From: a virus
IMG/VR virus record: IMGVR_UViG_3300009068_000001
Coordinates: 35,806-99,805 of that record
Direction: 5' to 3' (one strand)
DNA length: 64,000 nt
Both the position numbers and the translations under genes were made by a program. Below are positions 1 through 9,791 of this stretch, in pieces (within the stretch, counting starts at the first letter, position 1; each line of letters starts with the position of its first letter). The notes below the pieces were generated by a model. The model was not told where the DNA came from. It did no database searches and worked only from the letters and a program-made list of their open reading frames with translations.

Positions 1-832
1 ATGAGCCAAAGGATTCCATAGCATCATCTAAGTCTTTTAATAGTTCTCTTGCAATCTCTTTATACAGTAGGGCACCGGCACGATCAAACTCTACCAAAAT
101 CGGCTCCGCAAAAATTGTATCGGGCAGGTAGGGTGCAACGTCTGCATCTGTCTGTCTCTTGCGTACTGTTGAGGTTGCGAGGGTTTTGCTGAGGGTAATT
201 AAATTACGGTAACGTTCTACGCCACCAAAGCGGTTGCGTACAATAAAGGTTTGATCAAATAAATCAAAACGACCTAGGATCTTTGAGTCTACAAACTGCA
301 TAATACTGTAGAGCTCTTCCGGTTTACCGTTTTCAATAGGTGTTCCGGTTAATGCAAATTTAATTGGGCTTGCTAATTTTTTGACGTGCTTAGATCTTTT
401 GGATCTGAAACTTTTAATGGCGGTTGCTTCGTCGCAGACAATGAATCCCGTAGGGAGTTGTCGTATATACTCCCAGTCGTTAACAGCTTGCTCGTAGTTA
501 ATAATGACGTAATCAACGAGTGTATGCCCCCAGTCGAATGCCTCTGCATATTGTTCTGCTCGTTGTTTCGGCGTGCCATCAATGACCAAAGGTGTTGAAG
601 ATCCATCAGTAAACTTCCTAATCTGTTCTGCCCATTGATACTTCAATGATGATAAGCAGATAACTATACCAGGTTCTGTAATCTTTCCTTCATCTCTTAA
701 TTCTTCAATAGCAGCAATAGTTAAAACTGTTTTACCCAGTCCAAGGTCATAGGCAACAAGCATCTTCTTGCGGTCTACCATGGCCTCTACAGCCTCTACC
801 TGGTAAGGCAGAAGTGTTCCGGTAAAACTCAT
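1..832 (-). CDS. SNF2/DEAD-like helicase, N-terminal part (runs off the window; missing from ORF track)
   Basis: Hand translation from ATG at 832: MSFTGTLLPYQVEAV..LVAYDLGLGKT (motif I)..IVCDEATAIK (motif II)..ALTGTPIEN (motif III); ATGA overlap with the HNH stop. Confidence 0.9.
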   Translation of the reverse strand, partial: MSFTGTLLPYQVEAVEAMVDRKKMLVAYDLGLGKTVLTIAAIEELRDEGKITEPGIVICLSSLKYQWAEQIRKFTDGSSTPLVIDGTPKQRAEQYAEAFDWGHTLVDYVIINYEQAVNDWEYIRQLPTGFIVCDEATAIKSFRSKRSKHVKKLASPIKFALTGTPIENGKPEELYSIMQFVDSKILGRFDLFDQTFIVRNRFGGVERYRNLITLSKTLATSTVRKRQTDADVAPYLPDTIFAEPILVEFDRAGALLYKEIARELLKDLDDAMESFGS

Positions 833-1296
833 GTAGATACCTCTTCAGTTAAAGTATTAGATAGTCTTTTTACAGAGTTGCAAACTTTACAGGTGATAGA
901 AATATCTTCGCCAGCATGGCGAGTACGTCGGCTACTTATGTGAGTTAAAGATTCAGCGCCAAATAAAGGGTGCCCATTTACACAGAATGTTGGGTCTAAG
1001 TTTAGTTTTCTTTTCTGAGTATTTTCTGCAATGGTTGCCTGTCTAAGGTGGTCAGGATTACAACAGTTCCTTACCATACAAAGATGGTCTACAACTAGTC
1101 CGTCTACAATCTTTTCTTTTAATACGGACATAGTTAGGCGGTGTACTAAATAGAGCGTACCCTTAATATTAAATCGACCATATCCGTCATCAATTTTTCC
1201 AGTCCAAAGCCAACATGAATCAGTCTTATTGACTTTATCCCAAAAATGTTCTGGTAACTCTTCAATAGAGTTATAATCTAAAGATGGTTTAGCCAT
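829..1296 (-). CDS. HNH endonuclease (free-standing, homing-type)
   Basis: CWLWTG..GYGRF..HR..VVDHLC..RNCCNPDHL..EN; C-terminal C..GH..CKVC. Confidence 0.9.
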   Translation of the reverse strand: MAKPSLDYNSIEELPEHFWDKVNKTDSCWLWTGKIDDGYGRFNIKGTLYLVHRLTMSVLKEKIVDGLVVDHLCMVRNCCNPDHLRQATIAENTQKRKLNLDPTFCVNGHPLFGAESLTHISSRRTRHAGEDISITCKVCNSVKRLSNTLTEEVST

Positions 1297-2264
1297 TATA
1301 TAAAAGCCCTTTCTCCAAAGACAGAATGCTTTGCACCCTCTATACCAAGTATAACCTGCTCTTCAGGCATGTCGCCAATATCTTTATACTCGCCCCCGTA
1401 CTTAAAGAAGAAACACTCCAAGCCTTCTTTCTTAGTACGAGCAAGCATATCTCTAGAAGCTTTCTCTCCTGCTGGATCAATCATAGGATTATCAAATGCA
1501 ATGATTAGTTTATCTGCACGGCGCATGAGATCTACTTGATCCTGGCTAATAGAGGCACCAAAGGTTGAGACACCGCCTTGAATTCCCAATGATGATAGTT
1601 TTACTACGTCTAGTGGAGACTCAACTATGATCATAGTGCCACTGCTCCACACATCAAGACCGAATAAAGTTTTAGACTTCTGTACTCCAGTTGGGCGGTT
1701 GCGGAAGTATCGGTTGACTTGCCCCTTCTCTTGCCAGCCCATAAGTTTATTGTTTTGTGGGTTACGGATAGGTGTGATCCAACCCTGTTGCTTAGTATCC
1801 CATTTGACTGTGTGCTTTGCACAAGCCTCTGCTGTCAAACTTCTTGCATCTAATGCCCACTGTGGTGGCACGTCAAATACCGCAAGCCTAGCCTCACTCA
1901 TCTCAATCAAAGGTTGTACTGGGATGTAAGTGTTCTTAGCTTCTTCTAACTGCTTTGCTATGAGTTCAAAGTTAACCTCAATGTTCTGACGCAACCAATC
2001 TTTGGCTGCTTCAAAATCAATACGACCCCACTGAGTTTCAAACTCGTTAATCTCTGCAACAAGAGTGAGCAGAGTGCCCCGGTATCCACACGAAAAGCAG
2101 TGGTGGACACCGGTCTCTACATTCATTGACCATGAGGGACGAGAGTCTGGACGACCAGTACGTTCTAAGTGCATAGGACATAGACCAAGCAACTCATCGT
2201 TGCGCTGGTCTACTTCAATGCCAAGTCTTAGTAGTACAGACTCTACGTCGCCCTCACGGTACAT
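1296..2264 (-). CDS. DNA primase (zinc finger + TOPRIM); start probably MYREG at 2264
   Basis: CPMH..CFSC zinc finger; IIVESPLD, AFDN.D, KDIGD TOPRIM acidic motifs. Confidence 0.88.
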   Translation of the reverse strand: MYREGDVESVLLRLGIEVDQRNDELLGLCPMHLERTGRPDSRPSWSMNVETGVHHCFSCGYRGTLLTLVAEINEFETQWGRIDFEAAKDWLRQNIEVNFELIAKQLEEAKNTYIPVQPLIEMSEARLAVFDVPPQWALDARSLTAEACAKHTVKWDTKQQGWITPIRNPQNNKLMGWQEKGQVNRYFRNRPTGVQKSKTLFGLDVWSSGTMIIVESPLDVVKLSSLGIQGGVSTFGASISQDQVDLMRRADKLIIAFDNPMIDPAGEKASRDMLARTKKEGLECFFFKYGGEYKDIGDMPEEQVILGIEGAKHSVFGERAFI

Positions 2265-2265
2265 G

Positions 2266-2484
2266 TTAGTCCTCTTCTTCGTACTCTGCTTTTGGTCGGT
2301 CATCCATCATTACGTAATCTTCCGGCATATCTGGCAAAGTTGGTGCGGTAGCTTTAGTACCACACTCTGCACACTCCATGTCTAAGAAGTACATTGAGAT
2401 TTCATAGTCCTGGAACATAGCCTTAACGTCCCAAAGTGTTGACCCGCAAGGACAAACGTGAGTTGGTTCTCCACGTACATCCAT
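2266..2484 (-). CDS. small zinc-ribbon protein
   Basis: CPCGS..CAECG. Confidence 0.65.
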   Translation of the reverse strand: MDVRGEPTHVCPCGSTLWDVKAMFQDYEISMYFLDMECAECGTKATAPTLPDMPEDYVMMDDRPKAEYEEED

Positions 2485-2504
2485 TGCATTTGTGTAATCA
2501 GGTT

Positions 2505-2756
2505 TTAGATCGCTGATGTTTTTAATAGTCGTTTCCTTTCCTGCGGTGTTGTTCCTGCCCAGATGCCCTCTAGGTTTGGGATCTGTAGTGCGTATTTAAA
2601 ACAATCTTCTTTAATCCAACAGTCGTCACAAATCTTTTTTGCTCTTTGTACAGCCTTGTGATTTGTATACTTCTCCGGAAAAAAGATATCTGGGTTTGCT
2701 CCAGCGCATAGCTGAGTTCCGTTAAAAGGGTTTGATTGGAGTGCCAAAGGTTCCAT
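2505..2756 (-). CDS. whiB: WhiB-family Fe-S transcription factor (start likely MEPLAL at 2756)
   Basis: C..PDIFFP..AKKICDDC..C..YAL..GIWAGTTPQER. Confidence 0.9.
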   Translation of the reverse strand: MEPLALQSNPFNGTQLCAGANPDIFFPEKYTNHKAVQRAKKICDDCWIKEDCFKYALQIPNLEGIWAGTTPQERKRLLKTSAI

Positions 2757-3966
2757 ACTCTTCAAACTTCCCTTCTTCCCAGTCCCATAGAAGATCGCTT
2801 GTTGCTGGGCCAGAGTTACGGCTTGCAACAATACGAAGTTCACGAGATGAATCATCTTCTTCATCTTGACGTTGCAAACCAAGAATCACATCTGAGTCTT
2901 GGAAGAACGAGGATGAATACCCAATCGCATCTGCAGATACCTGGCGCTTCTTCATCTTCCAAAGAAGAACCTGAGTGGACACCACAATTGGAATGTTAGC
3001 TTTTTGTGCCAGACGTTTTAGGTTACGTGTAATGCTTGTCAAAGCTTGTGGAGTATTAGATTCACCGCTAGCTTCATCAACCATAAGATAGACACCATCA
3101 ACAAAAACAATGTCAGGCTTAATCTTTTCAATTTTTGCTGCCAATCCTGTAACTGTCATAGCAGAGGTACTATCGGTTAGATAGAACTTCTGCATAGTCT
3201 CCATACGTTCTAGGGTTTCTTTGTAGCGACGCTCTTCATCTAGGTTTAGGTTTCCTCTAACCAGACGAGAGTGTGCAATCTTGGCACGCATTGCATCGTG
3301 ACGATGTTGCTGCTCAATGTTGCTCATCTCAAATGACTGGAACATAGGAACGTGACCATCTTCGTGCACGTTGACTGCAATCTGCATAGCAAGAACAGAC
3401 TTACCAGTCTTAGGTGGAGCAATGATTGTAATAAGCTGACCATTTTGCAAACCAGCAGTAGCCTCATCAATAGTTCTAAACCCTGTGCGGTAACCAAGTA
3501 GCGCACCGTCACGAGTCTTAATATCTAAGTACTCCTGGAAACGTTTGTCTGGATCCTTGGTAAGATCCACGTCGCTAGACTGTGCAGCACCTTCATCATA
3601 GATAGTTGCAACTCCAGAGCTCATCTCTGCAATAGCGCCGTCGTGATTACCAGAAGCAATCATCTCAGCAGCGGTCTGAACTACCTCAATAGTTTTTTGA
3701 CGTCTACGATACTCAACTAATTGATCTACAAGGTACTCTAAAGAATCATCTACAGCAAGTAAACGATAGGTGGGGAAGTTATCTTTAACAGTTACTGCAC
3801 TAGGGATCTCTTGGTAACGAGTCCAATGGGTGCGGATAAACTTCCAGACAGCACGGTTCTCATCTACAAAGAACCAACTATCTTCTACACCTTTTTCTAG
3901 GGCAGAGATAATTTCTCGAGTCCTTACGACCCGAGATATTAATCTCTCTTCATTATCTGCTGCCAC
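2722..3966 (-). CDS. dnaB: replicative DNA helicase, DnaB-like
   Basis: TGFRTID..GLQNGQLITIIAPPKTGKS; FEMS; VFVDGVYLM; SFFQDSDVIL. Confidence 0.92.
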   Translation of the reverse strand: MAADNEERLISRVVRTREIISALEKGVEDSWFFVDENRAVWKFIRTHWTRYQEIPSAVTVKDNFPTYRLLAVDDSLEYLVDQLVEYRRRQKTIEVVQTAAEMIASGNHDGAIAEMSSGVATIYDEGAAQSSDVDLTKDPDKRFQEYLDIKTRDGALLGYRTGFRTIDEATAGLQNGQLITIIAPPKTGKSVLAMQIAVNVHEDGHVPMFQSFEMSNIEQQHRHDAMRAKIAHSRLVRGNLNLDEERRYKETLERMETMQKFYLTDSTSAMTVTGLAAKIEKIKPDIVFVDGVYLMVDEASGESNTPQALTSITRNLKRLAQKANIPIVVSTQVLLWKMKKRQVSADAIGYSSSFFQDSDVILGLQRQDEEDDSSRELRIVASRNSGPATSDLLWDWEEGKFEEYGTFGTPIKPF

Positions 3967-4369
3967 CGGCTGCCCCCATATCTAAATACCAATGCCCATA
4001 ACGTAGCCCACGTTCGGGTATATCAATCACATGCTTTAACTCTGGCCTGTATGGTAACTCTGCAACAAGATCTGCAGGAACCCTGTAAGCTTTTGAATAG
4101 TTAAAAGGATTAGTTCCAAGATTATCTAGATCTTCAAGAACCTCATCCATTTCTTTTTGAGAAAACCCGTACCCTACTAATTCTAACGTGTATGAATATG
4201 TTTCTGCAAATCGCCAGAATAAAGAGAGCGACTGTCTATTGTACGTAGTTTCTTCACCACTGACCGCCACACCAAATACTTTCTTAAAGGTTGGTCTACG
4301 ATCAAGGATACAATCCAAAGTAACCACAACCCGCATAGGAGTTTCATTTGATATATCGCCCCCGCGCAT
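3953..4369 (-). CDS. hypothetical protein in replication module
   Basis: 138-aa ORF packed between neighbouring genes. Confidence 0.6.
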   Translation of the reverse strand: MRGGDISNETPMRVVVTLDCILDRRPTFKKVFGVAVSGEETTYNRQSLSLFWRFAETYSYTLELVGYGFSQKEMDEVLEDLDNLGTNPFNYSKAYRVPADLVAELPYRPELKHVIDIPERGLRYGHWYLDMGAAGGSR

Positions 4370-4371
4370 TG

Positions 4372-4671
4372 TTATAGTACTTCGATCTTGCCGTACTTCA
4401 ATAGAAAGTCCCTAAACATAATGGGATCTAAACTTGCAATTGCAGCATCCTGTTGCGGAGCTTTGCTAGATATTTCTACAGGATATACTCCAAAGTTGTT
4501 TTTCATTTTCTCTGAAACATATCTAGTATGCTTGCACATGCTTCGGGTGTTAAACCCTTCACAATTACAGCGCAACTTTTTGTTATCTATATTGATCCAG
4601 ACTTCATGAGGTCCAGAGTCAGACAAAAATAACTGCGTAACTTGCCATGTACTCATAGTAGTTTCCTTCAT
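4372..4671 (-). CDS. SWIM-type zinc finger protein
   Basis: CNC..(x8)..CKH. Confidence 0.7.
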   Translation of the reverse strand: MKETTMSTWQVTQLFLSDSGPHEVWINIDNKKLRCNCEGFNTRSMCKHTRYVSEKMKNNFGVYPVEISSKAPQQDAAIASLDPIMFRDFLLKYGKIEVL

Positions 4672-5345
4672 GCTCGTCTGTCCCCCTGTTGCGCTTCTAC
4701 TTCAATTGGTATGAACGCTTCCATAGCAAAGCTTCCCATAGGTGAACCATAAACACTTCCCCAATTCTCAAGAGGAACGTTTGTAGTTACAATCGTTGGA
4801 AGCCCTGCGTTAAATCTTGAACGTAATAATGCATCAAATGTATTCTCTGCCCAACCCGATGCCGTTCTATATTCCTTACCGATATCATCTAGAACAAAAA
4901 CTCTTACATTATTCATTCTATCCGAGTCCCCGTATATGCCGTCAAGTTGGATCTGAGTTGCCTCATCCTCATCAGAGAACTGAGACTTCTGAAGCCTCAA
5001 AAGCTTTGGATAATCCATGAACCCGCCTATGCGGTTTGGGTATCCTCCAGGTATACCTAAGACCTCTGCTGGAATACCCCTAATAAGGCTTTGCAGGGCC
5101 GTAGAAGCCATTGTAGTCTTTCCGTGACCTGGATTACCCACCAGCATGATTCCAAGCCCACAGGACGGAGATCCGGCCTTTTGAATGATCTCACCATTGA
5201 TAACTCTGGCTACCCATTTCTTGACTGATTCAAGAGCGGGTGTGGGATCTAAATCTGAAAACTCCTTGCCAATTGTTTTCATTGGAAGACCGGCGTGTAC
5301 GATTTGTTTGCGGATACTTGGGGCTTCTTTAGACAAGTCGTACAT
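4668..5345 (-). CDS. DnaC/IstB-like AAA+ helicase loader
   Basis: GNPGHGKT; FVLDDIGKE; LRSRFNAGLPTIVTTN. Confidence 0.88.
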   Translation of the reverse strand: MYDLSKEAPSIRKQIVHAGLPMKTIGKEFSDLDPTPALESVKKWVARVINGEIIQKAGSPSCGLGIMLVGNPGHGKTTMASTALQSLIRGIPAEVLGIPGGYPNRIGGFMDYPKLLRLQKSQFSDEDEATQIQLDGIYGDSDRMNNVRVFVLDDIGKEYRTASGWAENTFDALLRSRFNAGLPTIVTTNVPLENWGSVYGSPMGSFAMEAFIPIEVEAQQGDRRA

Positions 5346-6253
5346 TATTCCCCCTCTAGTAGTCGCATCATTTTTTCTTGGTGTGCTTTAAATTTATCTG
5401 TTGAATATGTTGGTTGCTCTGGCTTCTTAACAATTCCCTGAATCGTTGGGTAGTATGAAAAGAATCTTTGCCATAGTGGCTTACCGATACCAAGATCATT
5501 TAGGTTACGAGGATCTGCAAAGAACATCCGCATAGCCTTTAGAACTTCATATCGCTGTGTGCCTTCTCCAACCTGTTTATTAATCCAAGTGGCAAGATAC
5601 TTGTTGTTAACTTGACTGGATGTATTTGGTGCAGCCTTCTCAACTAGGTCATAGAACTCTGCGATTAAGTCTGTGGTAGACCAAAGCTCCTCTGGAGTAT
5701 TGATTCTATCTTTGCTGTCACGCTGAGCCTTTACAGGCTTCTTGTACTTAGCGTTTAGGCGGGCCTGGCGATCTTCAAGCTTACCGATAGTTCCGGTGGC
5801 AGGTTCTTCTTGGCCTCGCTTTGCCTTAGGAGTTTCTTCATCTCCATCAAGATTCCAAACCATCTCTTCTCCTTCTTGGGGCGCAGCCCCTATAGTTAAA
5901 GATACGTTAGTATCTTTAACTATATTAGTACTAGTAGTTATATCACTAGTAACTATATAGTTGTCTATGTATAGGTGCCCTGAAAAGCCGTTGTCGGTAG
6001 AAAACAGCTTTTTAGCCTCTTCTGTAAATTTCAGACGGGCAATCCACTGGCCGTTATTCTGTACCCGGACAGACTTAACGTACTTAAGGTCCTTCAATTC
6101 ATTGATTGCAGACTGAAGCGCATCCCTACCCTCAGAGAAATCTTTGGTGCTTCGCAATTCGTCAGCAGAAATAACCCTACCCTTTTCAACAAAGTAATAG
6201 AAAAGTGATCTGGCTCGTAAAGATAATCTTGGGTTAACAATTGGTCGTAGCAT
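5345..6253 (-). CDS. putative replication initiator (N-terminal HTH)
   Basis: LSLRARSL..EGRDALQSAINELKDLKYV wHTH-like segment; directly upstream of DnaC-like gene. Confidence 0.65.
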   Translation of the reverse strand: MLRPIVNPRLSLRARSLFYYFVEKGRVISADELRSTKDFSEGRDALQSAINELKDLKYVKSVRVQNNGQWIARLKFTEEAKKLFSTDNGFSGHLYIDNYIVTSDITTSTNIVKDTNVSLTIGAAPQEGEEMVWNLDGDEETPKAKRGQEEPATGTIGKLEDRQARLNAKYKKPVKAQRDSKDRINTPEELWSTTDLIAEFYDLVEKAAPNTSSQVNNKYLATWINKQVGEGTQRYEVLKAMRMFFADPRNLNDLGIGKPLWQRFFSYYPTIQGIVKKPEQPTYSTDKFKAHQEKMMRLLEGE

Positions 6254-6284
6254 ATTTACCCTTCCCTCTTTATCTATACTAGCG

Positions 6285-6554
6285 TTAATCCACCCTGTTT
6301 GGCAAACCGCGTCCTTGACGTGGGGAGATGCCTACTAGTATTTGCTCTGTGGCAAGAGATATGGTAAGGCTTACAAATGTAGCGGCTAAGGTATAGACAA
6401 CTAGATATAGTGGTTTAGTATTTAAATTAAGGCATGCAAGTAAACTGACTATTAAAGCTAACAGTCCTCGCCATTTACCCAACTGTTTGATTAAGCTTTC
6501 TACAGCAGTCAATATACACGCTGTAGCTAATCCTGCAATAAGTACTATGCCCAT
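6285..6554 (-). CDS. small membrane protein, about 3 TM segments (holin candidate)
   Basis: Three hydrophobic stretches, basic C-terminus, last gene of the tail operon. Confidence 0.45.
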   Translation of the reverse strand: MGIVLIAGLATACILTAVESLIKQLGKWRGLLALIVSLLACLNLNTKPLYLVVYTLAATFVSLTISLATEQILVGISPRQGRGLPNRVD

Positions 6555-6563
6555 AGATCTATT

Positions 6564-9500
6564 CTATTCTCTAAAGACAACTCTGTCAATGTCGAAGGCC
6601 TGGCCTGCAACATAAGTTGTGGGGCTAAAGGTAATGCTTACGATTGCGTAGGCCGCACCTGTAATAGAGCTGACTGGGAATGAGTTTCCAACGTATGCCC
6701 AACGCTCTGTATGAGTTATGGTTGCAGTTTGAGTTCTAGCTGCTGTGGTTATAACAGCGTTGTTTGCACCAGTAGAATCTTTTGAGTTGGTTGTCTTATT
6801 ATTAGTAAGGTTATCTTGATAGACAACAATTACGTTATCATTAAGGTCATAGTAATCAACCACCAATGAGTAACTACCAAGTGAGTCAGAGTTAACTGGT
6901 CTTACTGCAATTGAAGAATAGTACCCAGCATCTGGATTAAGATAGATCTTTCCAGTTTTAAGACCAAAAGGTTTTGCAGAACTTGAACCGGCTGTTGTAA
7001 CCCGGCAGTAACCTTGACCGTGAGTTACGTTATCTGCAAGCAAAGTACCAGCCGCAATCTTACGAGCCAAAGTTGAATTAACTGCAATCCAACCATTTAA
7101 ATTAGTTTCAAAAGAAGAAGCAGGTATTTTTGCCCCAGGAAGATCCTCATAAGTTGCAGAATCAAGGCCAGCATTAATACCCCAGTTTGCACCAATAGGC
7201 ATAAAGTTACCAAGAGTGTCATAAAGACGGCTAATTTTTGTATTGTAGTTTGAGAAGTAGCTACTCTTTCCTCCACCAACACTTTGCACTTTGCCTGCCC
7301 AAATAGTTTTACCTGAGGTTATTGGGTTAGATATAGCAAAGGTAGATCCTAAAGTAGTATCTAAGTATTGGTTTATTACTCTACCATATTCTGCATGTAC
7401 ACCATCAATATGGAAGTATGTAGATGTTGATCCAACAGTATTTGCAATAGATACTGTAAATGGAACCGTAGTCTGTCCAGCAGTTAGTTGAACTACTGTA
7501 TGAATTCTTTTCCAGTCAGCAGATTCAGCAGTATTAATAGTAAAGGTATTAGTTCCTAAAGTATACGTAGCCGCTGCTTTACGTACATACATAGATATAA
7601 TAAAATCTTCTCCACCTATTGCTGCAAATCCTAGGTGCGCTATCCCGCTTAAAGATCCAGTAGAGCTATAGGTTAACTTTCCAAAGTAAGTTCCATACTT
7701 TGGTCCCAAGCCTCCTGTATCTGAAGTAATACGGGTAAGTGTTCCACTACCCGCAGTCCAATCTGTAGTATTAAGTTCAAATCCAGAGTTACTGACGTAG
7801 TTATATACTTCTTTTATTTCCCACTTACAGTCAGCAGGAGCATAGTACTTTTGAGTTACTGGATTAGTAATAGCTTCTCCCCCATCACCAGAGAAGAAAG
7901 TATCTACAACAGAAGATTTTTCAAGAATACCGCCATCTAACCAATAGTTATCTCCAGCAACGTTATCTGTAGAATAAAAACTTACTTTAACTAACGGGTT
8001 TCCTGCGTCTTTAGAAAATGGTGGGGTAATACCAGCAACATATACTTGAGTTGGCACTGTAGTTGATAAAGTAAAAGGGTCGCTATCTACAAAATAAGTG
8101 TCGGTACTATAGTATTGTCCGTCAACATCTGAAAGAACTGCTGATTGCAATTCTTTGGTAGATTGATTAGAAAATTCTAATCTTACTTTCATAGTTCTAG
8201 CAGCAGAACCTAAAATATAGGCGCTAGCTATGATCTCTTGACCAGGTTCTATAGCAACCCAATCAGAGATAAATCCAGCAGTACCTGTTGCGGTAGACGT
8301 TAATTTTCCTACCTTAGTTCCATGAACAAGAGCTGCTGTAGTAACGCTGTCTTGGCTTAAAGAGCCATTTAAAGCTGTCCAAGAACTTAACCCGTATTCC
8401 ATTTCTGGGTTAAAGAAATAGTTTTCTTTTTCTCCACCTACATTTACATAAATTTTACGGGCGTCTTCATACATAAAACTATGCTCTGGCTCAGCAAATT
8501 GAAACATATCAAAATAAACTATATTTGAGGTTGCAGCTGAAGGGGTTACAGTTAAAGTAATTTTAGCAAACTTAGCAGTTAAAGGAGAAAGTTTTCCATT
8601 TCTTCCTGAATCTGAAAGACTTACAAATTCTGCAAAAGAGGTAGTTGTTGTAAGTACTGTTCCAGCAGAAGTAGACCCAAGAGAAATACCAAATTGATCG
8701 TACCAAGTAATAACGGCAGAAACATTTGTTGCTACTGCAGTACGTCTAGCGTATCCCGAAAACACATAGCGTGTCCCCCCTGAAATAGGAATACCATTAG
8801 TTTTAATATCCAGACCAGAAGCTGGCAAAGACATTGTTATTGCGGTTGTAGCCGCAGTTACTAACTTTCCTATTCCTTGAGATCTTACTGGGGATGTTAA
8901 ATCAGTAAAAGGAGTTGGAGCAGAAATGCCTGCCAAGCTATAAGTAGTAGAGGTTAAAGTACCACTAGAAACACCCCAACGTCCAATAGATTCTTCAAAA
9001 GAAGAATCATTATAATCTAACAACATGTTGTGACCAAGAGAATACTGAGCTTTCCAGTGAGTAAGCGCTGTTGTATAAATTGTTAAGCCCAAAGAAGTTC
9101 CTTTGTATGAGTTAACAATGTTGCCTGTAGCAGCAATAGAACGATTATAAACATCGCCCAAAGCAGCCTCATACTGAAGACCTAAACTTGTAGTCTTTGC
9201 ATTTAAAAGAGAACTAGGGGTGTAAAATGGGTCTAAAGAGTTTGCTAAAATGCTTCCCTGTACTCTCATATAATCGTACATAAAAGAAAAAACACCTAGA
9301 GTAGTTACTAAGCTATTAGTATCAGCGTTTGACAACCCTTCACCAACATTATCTACAGGGTTAAGCCAAGCTTTGGGTAACCAATTACTTATTTTAGCTA
9401 AAGAAGTTTTATTTCCAACTAATATGGCGTACGAAGTTCCGCAAAATTTCCATCCTGAACCATTAAATAACCAAATAGAGTAAGAAACTTCTAAGTCTTC

Positions 9501-9788
9501 TACATCAGTAATCGTGTCTGTAAAACTTGTTTTAATAGTTGAGTAGGTTCCACCATCAAGAATAATGCCGTTAGTGGGATCATCTAAACTTCCTGAATAA
9601 CTTTTAACTAAGACCCAGTGTGTAGGGCCTGGATCATTAGGGTCTGGGACGATAGGGTCCCAGACAACTTTAATTTTTTGATAGTCGTTTGAAGACGCAA
9701 AAATATTAGAGTTATAGTAAACACTTACTACAGAAGTTACGCCGTAACGTACTCCTGAACCGTATCGTCTAGTACCATACTTTGCCAT
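6564..9788 (-). CDS. baseplate wedge/tail protein with repeated carbohydrate-binding-like domains
   Basis: Follows baseplate J; P2 gpI-like segment (YKGTSLGL); about 4 N.SFE..W repeats typical of CBM4/9-like modules. Confidence 0.7.
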   Translation of the reverse strand: MAKYGTRRYGSGVRYGVTSVVSVYYNSNIFASSNDYQKIKVVWDPIVPDPNDPGPTHWVLVKSYSGSLDDPTNGIILDGGTYSTIKTSFTDTITDVEDLEVSYSIWLFNGSGWKFCGTSYAILVGNKTSLAKISNWLPKAWLNPVDNVGEGLSNADTNSLVTTLGVFSFMYDYMRVQGSILANSLDPFYTPSSLLNAKTTSLGLQYEAALGDVYNRSIAATGNIVNSYKGTSLGLTIYTTALTHWKAQYSLGHNMLLDYNDSSFEESIGRWGVSSGTLTSTTYSLAGISAPTPFTDLTSPVRSQGIGKLVTAATTAITMSLPASGLDIKTNGIPISGGTRYVFSGYARRTAVATNVSAVITWYDQFGISLGSTSAGTVLTTTTSFAEFVSLSDSGRNGKLSPLTAKFAKITLTVTPSAATSNIVYFDMFQFAEPEHSFMYEDARKIYVNVGGEKENYFFNPEMEYGLSSWTALNGSLSQDSVTTAALVHGTKVGKLTSTATGTAGFISDWVAIEPGQEIIASAYILGSAARTMKVRLEFSNQSTKELQSAVLSDVDGQYYSTDTYFVDSDPFTLSTTVPTQVYVAGITPPFSKDAGNPLVKVSFYSTDNVAGDNYWLDGGILEKSSVVDTFFSGDGGEAITNPVTQKYYAPADCKWEIKEVYNYVSNSGFELNTTDWTAGSGTLTRITSDTGGLGPKYGTYFGKLTYSSTGSLSGIAHLGFAAIGGEDFIISMYVRKAAATYTLGTNTFTINTAESADWKRIHTVVQLTAGQTTVPFTVSIANTVGSTSTYFHIDGVHAEYGRVINQYLDTTLGSTFAISNPITSGKTIWAGKVQSVGGGKSSYFSNYNTKISRLYDTLGNFMPIGANWGINAGLDSATYEDLPGAKIPASSFETNLNGWIAVNSTLARKIAAGTLLADNVTHGQGYCRVTTAGSSSAKPFGLKTGKIYLNPDAGYYSSIAVRPVNSDSLGSYSLVVDYYDLNDNVIVVYQDNLTNNKTTNSKDSTGANNAVITTAARTQTATITHTERWAYVGNSFPVSSITGAAYAIVSITFSPTTYVAGQAFDIDRVVFRE

Positions 9789-9791
9789 TTA